Below, piece after piece: positions 8,787 to 18,829 of a stretch of 23,967 nucleotides of DNA. The stretch is from positions 1 to 23,967 of the forward strand of contig JARRQT010000172.1 of assembly GCA_037381445.1 (NCBI GenBank), read 5' to 3'. A program made the translations under genes and the position numbers. Source of the DNA: Calditrichia bacterium. GTDB taxonomy: Bacteria > Calditrichota > Calditrichia > RBG-13-44-9. Numbering within the stretch: the stretch's first letter is position 1; each line of letters opens with the position of its first letter. The notes beneath the pieces are model-generated. The model was given only the letters and a program-made list of their open reading frames with translations. It had not been told where the DNA came from and did no database searches.

Positions 8787-10145
8787 TTACAGTTTAATAC
8801 CGGGAGGGGGAGCAATATGTCCCTTTTCCATCAGCAACTGGGTTTCTTCCCTGGATTTCTTAATGGTGCGTTCTGCAATCTTGTACAGTTCGTCGGCACT
8901 CATGGTTATTCTGGCCACTCCCTGTTCCATGGCCTTCATTCCCACTGCTACAGCTTCCCGCGGAAAGACTTCCCAGTCTTCCATGGTGGGGATCAGATAA
9001 TCTTCATGAATTCCGCGATCCTCAGCGGTTTTCGCCAACTCTTCGGCGGCTGCGATGCACATCTCATCGGTGATAGTTCTGGCCATCACATCCAGCGTTC
9101 CGCGGAAAATTCCCGGGAATCCCAGCGAATTGTTGACCTGGTTCGGAAAGTCCGAACGGCCGGTGGCCACGATCCTGGCGCCGGCTTCCTTGGCTTCCCA
9201 CGGCCAGATTTCCGGAATGGGATTGGCACACACAAAAACGATCGCATCATCGGCCATATTGGAAATCCATTCTTTCTTTATGGAATCGGGTCCGGGTTTC
9301 GAGAGGGCGATGACAACGTCGGCGCCTTTCATGGCATCGGGGACATCACCATTCACCTGTTTCCCGTTGCTGATCTGGCACATGTGCCATTTCTCTTTAT
9401 AATTACTTTTCTGTAAATCATCCCTTCCCATGTGAAGCGTTCCGCGGGAATCTGCCATAATAATGTTCTTGGGATTTACACCGGCTTTGATGATAACCCG
9501 GGCAATGGCGATATTAGCCGCCCCGGCGCCGATCATGGCAATTTTTACCTGGTCAATCTTTTTGTTTACAACTTTAAGGGCGTTGAACAGACCGGCCGCG
9601 GTAACCGCCGCGGTTCCCTGCTGGTCGTCATGCCAGATGGGAATACGGGCTTTTTCCCTCAAGGTATCCAAAATCTGGAAGCATTTGGGCTGGGCAATAT
9701 CTTCCAGATTCACGCCCCCCAGGCCGGGCTGAAGAAGCAATACCGTCCGGATAATTTCTTCGGGATCCTTGGTATCCAGCATAATAGGGAATGCGTCCAC
9801 GCCGCCCAAATATTTAAACAGCAGAGCTTTTCCTTCCATTACAGGTAAACCGGCTTCCGGTCCGATATCTCCCAGACCGAGAACCCGCGTACCGTCGGAG
9901 ATCACGGCGATGCTGTTCCATTTATTGGTATGCTGAAAAACCATCTCCGGATTCGCCTGAATGTCCTTGCAGGGAGCAGCGACGCCCGGTGTATACCATA
10001 CACCGAAACTTTCCATTCCCCACACATGCGCTTTGGGCAGCACTTCAATTTTTCCGCGATAAAAAGGATGTAATCGCATTGCATCTTCAGCAGGTTTGTG
10101 CGCTTTTGCCAGCAATTCTTCTTTACTTACTTGTTTTTCGACCAT
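8787..10145 (-). CDS. NAD(P)-dependent malic enzyme (short type, no PTA domain)
   Basis: [82 protein letters not shown]. Confidence 0.95.
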   Translation of the reverse strand: MVEKQVSKEELLAKAHKPAEDAMRLHPFYRGKIEVLPKAHVWGMESFGVWYTPGVAAPCKDIQANPEMVFQHTNKWNSIAVISDGTRVLGLGDIGPEAGLPVMEGKALLFKYLGGVDAFPIMLDTKDPEEIIRTVLLLQPGLGGVNLEDIAQPKCFQILDTLREKARIPIWHDDQQGTAAVTAAGLFNALKVVNKKIDQVKIAMIGAGAANIAIARVIIKAGVNPKNIIMADSRGTLHMGRDDLQKSNYKEKWHMCQISNGKQVNGDVPDAMKGADVVIALSKPGPDSIKKEWISNMADDAIVFVCANPIPEIWPWEAKEAGARIVATGRSDFPNQVNNSLGFPGIFRGTLDVMARTITDEMCIAAAEELAKTAEDRGIHEDYLIPTMEDWEVFPREAVAVGMKAMEQGVARITMSADELYKIAERTIKKSREETQLLMEKGHIAPPPGIKL

Positions 10146-10286
10146 AATTCCTCCAATTGATTATTAGTGAGATCTACAGAAAAAATCAAATCAGTGTAGC
10201 TTATAAAGCATGTTTTAAAAGGACTCGCTTCTTTCTAATTTTTTTAGTTGATACTTAATTTATATAGAAGCGGAACAGCCGCTTTA

Positions 10287-12506
10287 TCATTGTTTTCCCT
10301 TCTCCTGTGTTTCCTCCGAATTTTCGACCGGTTCCACATATCTGGGAATGGAGAGTCTGACCGTAGTTCCTTCTCCCTCGACGCTCTCCACCTCGATAAA
10401 TCCCTTGTGATCCAGGACAATTTGCCGCACAATTGCCAGCCCAAGCCCTGTTCCGTCGGCTTTGGTGGTGAAGAAAGGATCATAAATCTTTTGCAGATGC
10501 TCCTGAGGAATGCCATGCCCACTGTCCTGTATGAAAATCCTAATATATTGATCCTCGCATAATGTGGTGAAGGTCAGCACCCGCTTTGTCAGCATGGCTT
10601 CTATCGCATTTTTTACCAGATTCAATAAAACCTGGAACAGCAGTTTTTCATCTCCCCATACGGTACTCTCGGAGCATCTAAACTGCAGAACAACTTCCAC
10701 ATCGCGCTTATGAATCACATCATCCATCATCATCAATACCTGGTGAATTACCTGATGTATATCCACCTTACGGCGCTCAGGCTTTTTGGGATTTGCAATG
10801 CTCAAAATGTTGTTCAAAATTGATTCAAGATTCGCAACCTGAGAACTGATGATCGATGTATAGTTTTTCAAATCGGAATTTGAGGGAAGTTTTTTCTCAA
10901 GAAGACGGGAAAATCCTCCAATTGACACTAGCGGATTTCGGATTTCATGGGCGACCTTGGCGGACATCTCACCAATAGCTGCCAGCCGCTCGGCCTTGAC
11001 CAGCCGTTCGGAATTTTCCTCGAGTCTTTGGTAGGCCTGCTGCAATTCCTGAATGCGATCCTCCAGATTTTTATATAAACGCGCATTCTCAATCGCCATG
11101 CTGGCCTGGTTGGCAAAAAGCTTCAAGCTCTCTATCTCTTCTTCCGTAATATCCTTTTGAGTGATTTTATTATCAGCCAGTATAACACCAATATGCTCCT
11201 TTTTGGTCACCAGCGGTACCACCAGAAAATTGTTGGTACCCAGCACCTGAAACAGATCGCCGCCGTCCATGTTGAAATTATATTCCCCCGCATCCAGTAC
11301 CCTGCCATGCCGCACATTATATGCCCGGCGCCCTTTGAGTGCTTTTACCAGAACATTCTGCGAATTTGTCAGAGGGACCTGAACCTGCTTGACAATTTCG
11401 TTGATCTTCTGGTCACTGCCCTGCAGATTGATCTGAAACTGTTTCACAATATCCTTCAGGGACCGGAAGTGGTCCTGCAGCGAACTCCAGATCTGATGGG
11501 CCTCGAATTCATTGGTAGGTCCAATCGCCAGATATCCCTGCAATTTTTCCTTTTTCTCATCAATCAGGAACAGGAAAGCGCGGTTGAAACGCAGTCCTTC
11601 CCCGGCAGTGATGGAAATAAGGATCATCTGCAGGATATCGTCAAGAATATAAGTGGTGTAGAATATTTCATCCAGTTCATTTAATTTGGACAACTCCATA
11701 ATTGTGCGGCGGAGCTCGAATTCCAGTTCTTTCCGGGAGGTAATATCTTTGATAATGACTGATGAACCAATTGAATCTCCGTTCTCGTTCCGGATAACAG
11801 TCCGGGTCAGATCGACATAAATCAGTTGCCCGTACTTATCGATGCGCTGGGTTTCATAGCGCCGGATGAATCCCCGCTTTTCCAACTCCTGCTTGATGTA
11901 ATAAAGCTCACCCAGTTCGATGAGTTCGTTGGGAATCAGGATCACATTTGATTTTCCGATGACTTCTTCGGCCCCATACCCGAATATATCTTCCGCCCCC
12001 TTGTTCCAGCTCAGGATCCGATCTTCGTTATCCAGCAAAAAGATCGCATCAGCAGAGGTGTCAATAATTGAAACGAATAGCTTCTCCTTTTCACGTAAGG
12101 CACGTTGCTCCTTCTCGTTTTCTGTAACATCGACCCCGATTTTTAAAATCCCTTCTACGATACTTTCTTCATCCCGTACCGGGAGCGATATGACATCGAG
12201 ATAGACCTGCGTTTGAGAATCGGGCAGCTTTCCCTCAAAAATTTCATGGCAGCTCTGCATGTGTTCCAGTTTGTCGAAAGAAGGGCAGTCTTTGCAAAGT
12301 TCTTCGAATCCCCATAGGGCTTTATAGCATGGGGTGTCATTTCCTCTCTGAACGCCGGGGAATTTATCAGCGAGATAATTATTGAACCAGATCAGGTTAT
12401 AATTTTTATCGATTAAATATATGTAAATAGGATAATTTCCGATAAAATTATTGAGGATATCGAGAATCTGAACCAGATGATCAAGGATGGTAGATTTATT
12501 ATTCAT
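10287..12506 (-). CDS. Cytoplasmic PAS-PAS-GAF sensor histidine kinase
   Basis: PAS (WNKGAEDIFGY...KDIT), GAF (FNRAFLFL...VVPL...FANQASMAIENARLY), H-box AHEIRNPL, N-box NLVKNAIEA, and G-boxes DSGHGI, PFFTTK, GTGLGL. No transmembrane segment is apparent. Confidence 0.93.
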   Translation of the reverse strand: MNNKSTILDHLVQILDILNNFIGNYPIYIYLIDKNYNLIWFNNYLADKFPGVQRGNDTPCYKALWGFEELCKDCPSFDKLEHMQSCHEIFEGKLPDSQTQVYLDVISLPVRDEESIVEGILKIGVDVTENEKEQRALREKEKLFVSIIDTSADAIFLLDNEDRILSWNKGAEDIFGYGAEEVIGKSNVILIPNELIELGELYYIKQELEKRGFIRRYETQRIDKYGQLIYVDLTRTVIRNENGDSIGSSVIIKDITSRKELEFELRRTIMELSKLNELDEIFYTTYILDDILQMILISITAGEGLRFNRAFLFLIDEKKEKLQGYLAIGPTNEFEAHQIWSSLQDHFRSLKDIVKQFQINLQGSDQKINEIVKQVQVPLTNSQNVLVKALKGRRAYNVRHGRVLDAGEYNFNMDGGDLFQVLGTNNFLVVPLVTKKEHIGVILADNKITQKDITEEEIESLKLFANQASMAIENARLYKNLEDRIQELQQAYQRLEENSERLVKAERLAAIGEMSAKVAHEIRNPLVSIGGFSRLLEKKLPSNSDLKNYTSIISSQVANLESILNNILSIANPKKPERRKVDIHQVIHQVLMMMDDVIHKRDVEVVLQFRCSESTVWGDEKLLFQVLLNLVKNAIEAMLTKRVLTFTTLCEDQYIRIFIQDSGHGIPQEHLQKIYDPFFTTKADGTGLGLAIVRQIVLDHKGFIEVESVEGEGTTVRLSIPRYVEPVENSEETQEKGKQ

Positions 12507-12702
12507 ATTATTTGTTAATTTTATCGCAATGGATAATACAAAAGGGTACTCTAAAAATCAATATATTTTATATATAGTCATATAATAATTGATTGTGAAT
12601 GTATGTTGTTTTTGGGGAAATAAACAGGTTGGTTTATCCACGAATGTATTCAGCACAGCAATTGAGAAATTAAGCACAATACGCCAATTACAGCCGTTAC
12701 AT

Positions 12703-12746
12703 AAAAAAAGGATTCAGGTTTCACCAGCGAATGTCAACCTGAATCC
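12703..12746 (-). terminator. Intrinsic terminator after the slipin gene
   Basis: Perfect 11-bp stem ggattcaggtt/aacctgaatcc followed on the minus strand by T7. Confidence 0.75.
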
Positions 12747-12804
12747 CTTCTTCCAACAGCAATAATTCCTGTAAGAGGAATGTTTAAGAAAATATATCTG
12801 GCTT

Positions 12805-13551
12805 CTATTTGCCATCCTTTTTGAAAAAGTGGGAGAACAGATCGATTGGAACTGGGAAAATTGTGGTGGAATTGTTTTCGGAAGCGACTTCAGTCAGCGT
12901 TTGCAGAAATCTGAGCTGCAGCGCCACCGGATACTTGCTGATGATTTCAGCAGCCATTTGCAGTTTGGTAGCCGCCTGATATTCACCCTCGGCGCTGATA
13001 ACCTTGGAGCGCCTTTCACGTTCGGCTTCCGCCTGCCGCGCCATAGCGCGTTTCATTTCAATGGGCAAATCGATATGTTTTATCTCCACCAGGGAGACTT
13101 TTATCCCCCATGGATCGGAATGTTTATCTATAATTTGCTGCAATTCTTTATTTATCTTGTCTCTTTGCCCAAGCAATTCATCCAGCTCCACCTGCCCAAC
13201 GATGCTTCGCAGGGTGGTCTGTGAAAGCTGGGAGGTCGCAAATAAAAAGTTCTCCACTTCAACTACAGATTTTTCAGGCAGGATTACCCTGAAATAAATA
13301 ACGGCATTTACCTGCACACTTACGTTATCGCGGGTAATGACGTCCTGCGGCGGCACATCCATGACCACCGTCCGCAAACTCACTTTGACCATGCGATCGA
13401 CAATGGGTATCAGAATAATGATACCAGGTCCTTTTGTTGGAATCAAACGTCCCAAACGAAAAATAACAGCTCTTTCATATTCCCGCAGAACACGGATTGC
13501 GCTGGCTAACAGAATAAATACTAATACGATGATTGTGGCAATATACGGCAT
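12805..13551 (-). CDS. SPFH / stomatin-like (slipin) membrane protein
   Basis: N-terminal TM helix, [59 protein letters not shown] 13551 has an RBS GGAGG. Directly downstream of nfeD. Confidence 0.93.
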   Translation of the reverse strand: MPYIATIIVLVFILLASAIRVLREYERAVIFRLGRLIPTKGPGIIILIPIVDRMVKVSLRTVVMDVPPQDVITRDNVSVQVNAVIYFRVILPEKSVVEVENFLFATSQLSQTTLRSIVGQVELDELLGQRDKINKELQQIIDKHSDPWGIKVSLVEIKHIDLPIEMKRAMARQAEAERERRSKVISAEGEYQAATKLQMAAEIISKYPVALQLRFLQTLTEVASENNSTTIFPVPIDLFSHFFKKDGK

Positions 13552-13567
13552 GTGTTTTCCTCCAGAT

Positions 13568-14850
13568 TTAACTGATTTTATCAACAAATATTTTAAGATT
13601 TTCCAGTCCGGTGACCTTCACCCGGTCTCCCTTCCGGATAGCATTTTCACTGAAGGCATCCCAAATTTCTCCGTGCACCGCAATCTGTCCTCTGCCCTTC
13701 GTAAAATGATCGACTGCTTCTCCTATTTCTCCTAAAATTCCTTCCCGGCCGGTAACCGGTTTGCGCCGCTGTGCGCTGACTCCCAGGCCAATGGCAATCA
13801 GGAAAAAGAGCGTTGTCAGAATCACCGCAAAGGCAATGACCTTCCAGGATACCTGCAGGAAAGGCATCGCCCCCTTGAACAGCATCAGAGATCCTAAAAT
13901 AAGAGACACAACACCTCCTACCGTTAGCAATCCATAGCTTGGCACTTTTATTTCAGCAATGAACAGAATGATGGAAAAAAGGATGAGCAGCAATCCTGCA
14001 TAATTTACCGGGAGGGTATGCAAGGCGTAAAAGGCAAGGATAAGGGATATTCCTCCCACCACACCCGGCAGTATGGATCCCGGATTATATAGCTCGAAGA
14101 ATATGCCGTAGATACCAATGAGCAGCAGAATATAGGCGATATTAGGGTCGCTGATAACATTCAGCACTTTAAACCGCCAGGACATTTCAACTTCCACTAT
14201 TCGGGCATCTTCTGTATGAAGTATTTTTTTGCCGGTTGCAACCTCCACCTCCCTGCCATCCAGCCAGGTCAGTAAACTATCCACATTATCAGAAATGACT
14301 TCTACAACTCCCAGCTTCAGGGCTTCGCTGGCAGGAATGGAAGCGCTTTCGCGGACAGACTTTTCCGCCCACTCTTCATTCCGGCCCCTTTTTTCTGCAA
14401 TACTGCGAATAAAAGCGACCGCGTCATTGGTCACCTTTTCCATCATGGTCTGACTGGTATCGGCACCGCCAATCGTTACCGGATGGGCCGCCCCAATATT
14501 GGTTCCGGGAGCCATTGCCGCAATATTGGCCGCATAGGTGATAAATACGCCAGCGGAGCCCGCTCGCGAACCGGAGGGTGCGACATAAACAACAATGGGC
14601 ACTGGTGATGCCATAAAATCTTTGACGATCTGCTGCATAGACTTCATCAGCCCGCCAGGCGTATCCAATTCAATAATCAGACATTGGCTGCCATCCTCAG
14701 CGGCGTCCTTAATCGCCGAACCAATAAAGTCGCTGGCCACCGGATTGATCACCCCGTCGTAGGTGAGAATATGTACATTGTAGTTACTTTGTACTTCGAT
14801 TGACTGAATCCCCAGTTCTTCCTGGTGGATCTCGTTTTCCAAATATATCA
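13568..14850 (-). CDS. nfeD: NfeD family membrane-bound serine protease (long form: ClpP-like domain, TM region, OB fold); start uncertain
   Basis: [17 protein letters not shown] (catalytic Ser), [16 protein letters not shown], a multi-TM region, and the C-terminal TGREG...VHGEIW. The nfeD-stomatin pairing is canonical. Confidence 0.9.
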
Positions 14851-15127
14851 TTTTTTTAATTTTAACATAATCAAAAACTAATGTCAAGAATTATTGTGCG
14901 ATAGGCAATTCTCCGATATTTCAACGCGAAGCCAAAATGGATACTCATCCTGATGTAATTGCCAGCCCGTCTTGTGCAAATGACGCTGTGCCGATTCCGT
15001 CTTTATCGGTTCTCTTTCCGGGAGTGATAGCACACCCAAATTGCATCAAAAGGGATACAATTCCCGATGGGGGTATAAATTTTCCTTTTCCTGATCGAGG
15101 GAATCTTTTGACATACCATAACGAAAG

Positions 15128-15388
15128 CTATAAAAAATGCCTTGAATCGAAAACCAGTTTACCGGCTCCGCTAAAGACTTTATTCAGCCACATGCGCCCG
15201 CCGCAATCCGGGCAAATTAGCGGATTGGAATTCAATAGATTATTTTGGGTCAGATGAAAAACAAAAGGGAGGTGTTTTATGTTATAAGGCAATCCCAATT
15301 CGACCACCTGGCTGCACAGGGGGCAGATGAAAAATCCGGTCAGATTATCCGTTATTCTGTAATTTGTTCGCTTCTCTGAGTGCGCCAT
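15128..15388 (-). CDS. Small putative zinc-ribbon protein (CPLC...CPDCG)
   Basis: Two CPxC knuckles. ATG 15388 is preceded by GAGGA at 8-nt spacing. Overlaps the kinase 3' end by 44 nt. Confidence 0.5.
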   Translation of the reverse strand: MAHSEKRTNYRITDNLTGFFICPLCSQVVELGLPYNIKHLPFVFHLTQNNLLNSNPLICPDCGGRMWLNKVFSGAGKLVFDSRHFL

Positions 15389-16544
15389 CAGATTCGTCCT
15401 CAGCAATTTCGTGATAATAGGGTAATATTATCCGGAAGAGAGATCCATTGCCGGGTTCGCTTTCCAGCATAATTCGTCCGCCCATGGAATTGACAATTTC
15501 TCTGATCAGGCTTAATCCGATGCCCAATCCGCCGCCCATAAATTCCCGTTTGGAGGTGCGGTGGTTGATGACATCCTGAATTTCATAAAACCGCTCAAAA
15601 ATAATATCCTGCTTGTCGAAGGGAATTCCCACACCAGTGTCTTTCACAGTATAGTGAATTTCATCATCCTTTAATTCCAGTCGAACCCTCACCTTGCCAC
15701 TATCAGCCGTAAATTTAAGCGCGTTCTGGAGCAGTTCTCTCAGAACAAGGCGGACCTGCCGGTAATCTCCACGCACCTGCAAGGGTCTTTTATCCAGAAA
15801 GATTTTCAAGTCGATATTGCGGGAATTATACAAACCAACCATCTCATGATACACTTTGCTGATGATATTCTTCAGATCCAGCCGCCGCGTCGGGACAGAC
15901 ACCTTGGATCTTTCCAGTCCCTCGAGCGTGTGCATCCTGTCGACCATGTCATGAAGTTCGCTGGTGGTATTTTCCAGAATATCGAGAATCTCAGACACAT
16001 CGGGATCCGACTCCGGAATCAGGCTGTGCAGTACATCCAGATATCCCTTGATGATTGTCAGCGGCGTCCGGATTTCATGATTGGTGATGTAAAGGAATTT
16101 ATCCTTCAGTTCATTTAATTCCATCAACTGGTTATTGAGCTGCCTGAGCTCCGCATTCTCTGCCTGCGACTTGATTTTCTGGAAACTTTTATTTATGGTA
16201 AACTGCACATGATCAAAATTGACCGGTTTGAGAATAAAATCGTAGGCGCCCAGTTTCATGGCTTCAATGGCGGATTCAATAGTGGCGAAACCGGTAATCA
16301 CAATGACCTCCATAAACGGCCACTTCGATTTCACCCGTTTCAGCAGTTCCATTCCGTCCATCACCGGCATATTGAGATCTGTGACCACAATGTGATATGT
16401 TTTGTTCAGGCATTTCTCGAAGGCCTCTTTTCCATTTTCAGCGACATCTACGTGAAATCCCCAGCTTTCAAAAGACTGCCTGAACATTAAACGAATAATT
16501 TCCTCGTCCTCCACCACCAGAATGTGAACATCACTCTTTTCCAT
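15345..16544 (-). CDS. Hybrid kinase: N-terminal receiver, HisKA and HATPase
   Basis: ILVVEDE, TDLNMPVMDG, ITGF, GAYDFILKP, then NHEIRTPL, ELLQNALKF, DTGVGI, GGLGIGL. Confidence 0.93.
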   Translation of the reverse strand: MEKSDVHILVVEDEEIIRLMFRQSFESWGFHVDVAENGKEAFEKCLNKTYHIVVTDLNMPVMDGMELLKRVKSKWPFMEVIVITGFATIESAIEAMKLGAYDFILKPVNFDHVQFTINKSFQKIKSQAENAELRQLNNQLMELNELKDKFLYITNHEIRTPLTIIKGYLDVLHSLIPESDPDVSEILDILENTTSELHDMVDRMHTLEGLERSKVSVPTRRLDLKNIISKVYHEMVGLYNSRNIDLKIFLDKRPLQVRGDYRQVRLVLRELLQNALKFTADSGKVRVRLELKDDEIHYTVKDTGVGIPFDKQDIIFERFYEIQDVINHRTSKREFMGGGLGIGLSLIREIVNSMGGRIMLESEPGNGSLFRIILPYYHEIAEDESDGALREANKLQNNG

Positions 16545-16561
16545 TTTGCAAAATCCAGTTT

Positions 16562-16786
16562 TTAATCATTTATAAATTTTCGGATGGATTCCATCTCTTC
16601 ATTAATTTTTCTGATATATTTCAAAACATCGGCCTGCTCGCTGGACCAATGGGTTTCCAACAGGTAGAGCGATGTTCCGATTATATTCAACCGACTCCGA
16701 ACGTAGGCGATCAGGTTTTCATAATATTCTTTTAATTCAGCATCTGTTAAATCGGCGGTTTCAACACTTTGCTGTGTGCTCAACAT
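16562..16786 (-). CDS. Small helical protein resembling a HisKA/DHp domain without the phospho-accepting His
   Basis: IAYVRSRLNIIGTSLYLLE...DVLKYIRKINEEMESIRKFIND aligns by eye, without gaps, to the neighbour kinase segment NHEIRTPLTIIKGYLDVLH...DVSEILDILENTTSELHDMVDR. Ends 17 nt before the kinase ATG. Confidence 0.7.
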   Translation of the reverse strand: MLSTQQSVETADLTDAELKEYYENLIAYVRSRLNIIGTSLYLLETHWSSEQADVLKYIRKINEEMESIRKFIND

Positions 16787-16866
16787 CTCACGTCCCTGTA
16801 TTTACCGTTCATGGTTTACAATTCGGAGAGGACTTTCCCCTTTGCCTCTCATCACAATGATATTTT

Positions 16867-16882
16867 AGCAAATAAAATGCCG
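16867..16882 (-). promoter_or_regulatory. Putative sigma54 (-24/-12) promoter
   Basis: Minus strand CGGCATTTTATTTGCT against consensus TGGCACNNNNNTTGCW, with correct GG-N10-GC spacing. It lies 80 nt upstream of ATG 16786, with an AT-rich tract further upstream. Confidence 0.6.
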
Positions 16883-17090
16883 TTTATTACGCTCGGGAAA
16901 GAACTTCTTTAAGTTATTAAATTATATAATATTATAGATATTCAAAATATTTGACACCGGCAAAGAAGTGTTGAAGATCACAGCAAATTGTTTAAAAATC
17001 CATGATTTGAGGGGAGCATAAAACGAAAAATAAAAAACGGATATAATAATTTGGAGGCGGAATTAAACCAGCGAATGGATTCACAACCGG

Positions 17091-17357
17091 CTACTCTTCA
17101 TAAAATTTTCCGGTAATGAGATCTTCCAATGCTTTGAAGGCGTCCTTTTCGTCGATGCCTTCCACAATAACCTCAATGATGCTGCCGGGTTCAGCAGCCA
17201 GTGTCATCACACCCATTATACTCTTTCCGTTTACCTCGTACCCGTCCTTGGATATCCAGACATCGGATTTAAATTTGCCGGCAGTTTTCACCAGCAATGC
17301 AGCGGGACGTGCATGTAAACCATTCTTGTTATTTATGGTGAATTCTTTTTTGATCAT
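17091..17357 (-). CDS. ptsH: Phosphocarrier protein HPr
   Basis: GLHARPAA (His15) and NGKSIMG (Ser46). 88 aa. Confidence 0.96.
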   Translation of the reverse strand: MIKKEFTINNKNGLHARPAALLVKTAGKFKSDVWISKDGYEVNGKSIMGVMTLAAEPGSIIEVIVEGIDEKDAFKALEDLITGKFYEE

Positions 17358-17400
17358 TTTACCCTTGTTTTCAAACCAGTTTTATTTTCATCATAGCATT

Positions 17401-18189
17401 CTAAAAGAATAAGATTCCTACAGCAAGGAAAAACACAAAGGTTGCCAAAGATATCCAGTAAAAACTTTTTACAATTCTATTGAAAAAGAGACTGTAAAGT
17501 GCTGAAATCAGAAATACTGCAATTAATCCCGGATGCAGATGGAATATGTGATGACTGTAAGCGACAATGACGCCGATAATGGAAAAGAAAAAAATATACA
17601 GATACGCTTTGCGCAGCTTATTAAAGCGCTGTTGTCCCACATATTTATAGATATCCATCGGATGGTGGTAGCCCTCCAGCAATCCCCGGTAGCGAAAATA
17701 GAAATGGGGAATGTTGTATAATAAGAATGTAAATATCAGCACAAGCACTTTAGTCAGAACGCTGGGTGCAACCAGAATTCCCAGCATACCCAAAATCAGG
17801 CTGGCGGGCTTAATGGTAGCCCAGAACAAACGATCGCCCACCGCCCCCAGCGGGCTGATTAACAGGTCCTTGAGGCGATCCAGCGTTTCGGGCATATGCG
17901 GCTCGCCGTTGGCCCGCATTTCTTCCATACGGATTGAAACGCCCAGGGCGAAGGAGGCAAAATAGGGATGGGCATTGAAAAACCGGAGATGCCGGTGCAA
18001 AAATTCCTTTTTCGCTTCAGGACTGCTGCACAACTTGCCAAGCACCGGTATCAGGCACACACTGAAACCGATACTGATCAGGCTCCGGAAATTCCAGACT
18101 GCCTGCATAAAAAAACTTGCTACAAAGACCTTGAATAAATCCCAATTGGTGATAGTTTTGGTCCTTGCACTTTCAGGAGGTTTTTTCAA
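17401..18189 (-). CDS. PTS mannose/fructose/sorbose family IID component
   Basis: SFFMQAVWNF, RHLRFFNAHPY, PLGAVGDRLFWATIKP, LYNIPH. Confidence 0.9.
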   Translation of the reverse strand: MKKPPESARTKTITNWDLFKVFVASFFMQAVWNFRSLISIGFSVCLIPVLGKLCSSPEAKKEFLHRHLRFFNAHPYFASFALGVSIRMEEMRANGEPHMPETLDRLKDLLISPLGAVGDRLFWATIKPASLILGMLGILVAPSVLTKVLVLIFTFLLYNIPHFYFRYRGLLEGYHHPMDIYKYVGQQRFNKLRKAYLYIFFFSIIGVIVAYSHHIFHLHPGLIAVFLISALYSLFFNRIVKSFYWISLATFVFFLAVGILFF

Positions 18190-18829
18190 TCTTTTTTCCC
18201 AAATTTTTTCTTACGGCCTCTCTCAACAGTTGAATCACAAAGGCCAATCCGATTCCCATGATAATCGGTTTAACGACAATCAACTGTTCTTCAAATAAAC
18301 GCCCTATTATCCTGATAATTTCCGGCAAAAACAGCTCATTGACCCTGAGGAAGGAGTAGGTCAAAACGTAAACCATTAAAAAATAGATTAATCCGCTGGC
18401 CGCTTCCAGCAAGGGGATTCGTTTAAAATGGGAGAAGTCCACTTCTCTCATTATGAAATCCAGGATTCTGCCGTTCAGCTTGCGGTAAAAAAAGGTCAGT
18501 AGGGCGCCCAGATAACTAACCAGAATGCCTTCCAGGAACGCCAGCATCAAAGTGGTATGGGGAAAGGCAGTCTCATGATTCAGCAATACCAGGCCTGCGG
18601 CGACCATGGAAGCGATATTGCCCTCCGGCACGATATAGGCACCCGCCGGAATTCTTCCCAGCCACAGAAGCTGAAACAGAAAACCCAGCTCAAATCCCAG
18701 CCAGACATCACCCAAAAGCCAACCAAGAATGGGACAGGCGAAGAGCGGGCTTGAAATCAGCACCTGAAAGGCGATGGTGATATCCAGGGATAAAAAACTA
18801 ATAATTGCGGAAAGTATTGCTATGTTCAT
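18173..18829 (-). CDS. PTS mannose/fructose/sorbose family IIC component
   Basis: LD...Q..ISSPL...LGWLLGD..LG..LG...QLLWLG.IPAGA..PE. Hydrophobic, and overlaps the IID start. Confidence 0.85.
   Translation of the reverse strand: MNIAILSAIISFLSLDITIAFQVLISSPLFACPILGWLLGDVWLGFELGFLFQLLWLGRIPAGAYIVPEGNIASMVAAGLVLLNHETAFPHTTLMLAFLEGILVSYLGALLTFFYRKLNGRILDFIMREVDFSHFKRIPLLEAASGLIYFLMVYVLTYSFLRVNELFLPEIIRIIGRLFEEQLIVVKPIIMGIGLAFVIQLLREAVRKNLGKKIEKTS

Noticed and set aside
8703..9416. 237-aa plus-strand ORF, and similar long ORFs such as 1835..2539, 2996..3673, 11157..11684 and 21424..21864
   Set aside because: Antisense shadows of well-supported minus-strand genes, with no recognisable motifs.
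7221..10145. Split MaeB (malic enzyme-PTA fusion)
   Set aside because: The acyltransferase is Ptb-like, coupled to buk, and separated from malic enzyme by a terminator and another gene.
12673..12686. Sigma54-like TGGCG...TGCT upstream of the PAS/GAF kinase
   Set aside because: GG-to-GC spacing is 8 nt rather than the required 10.
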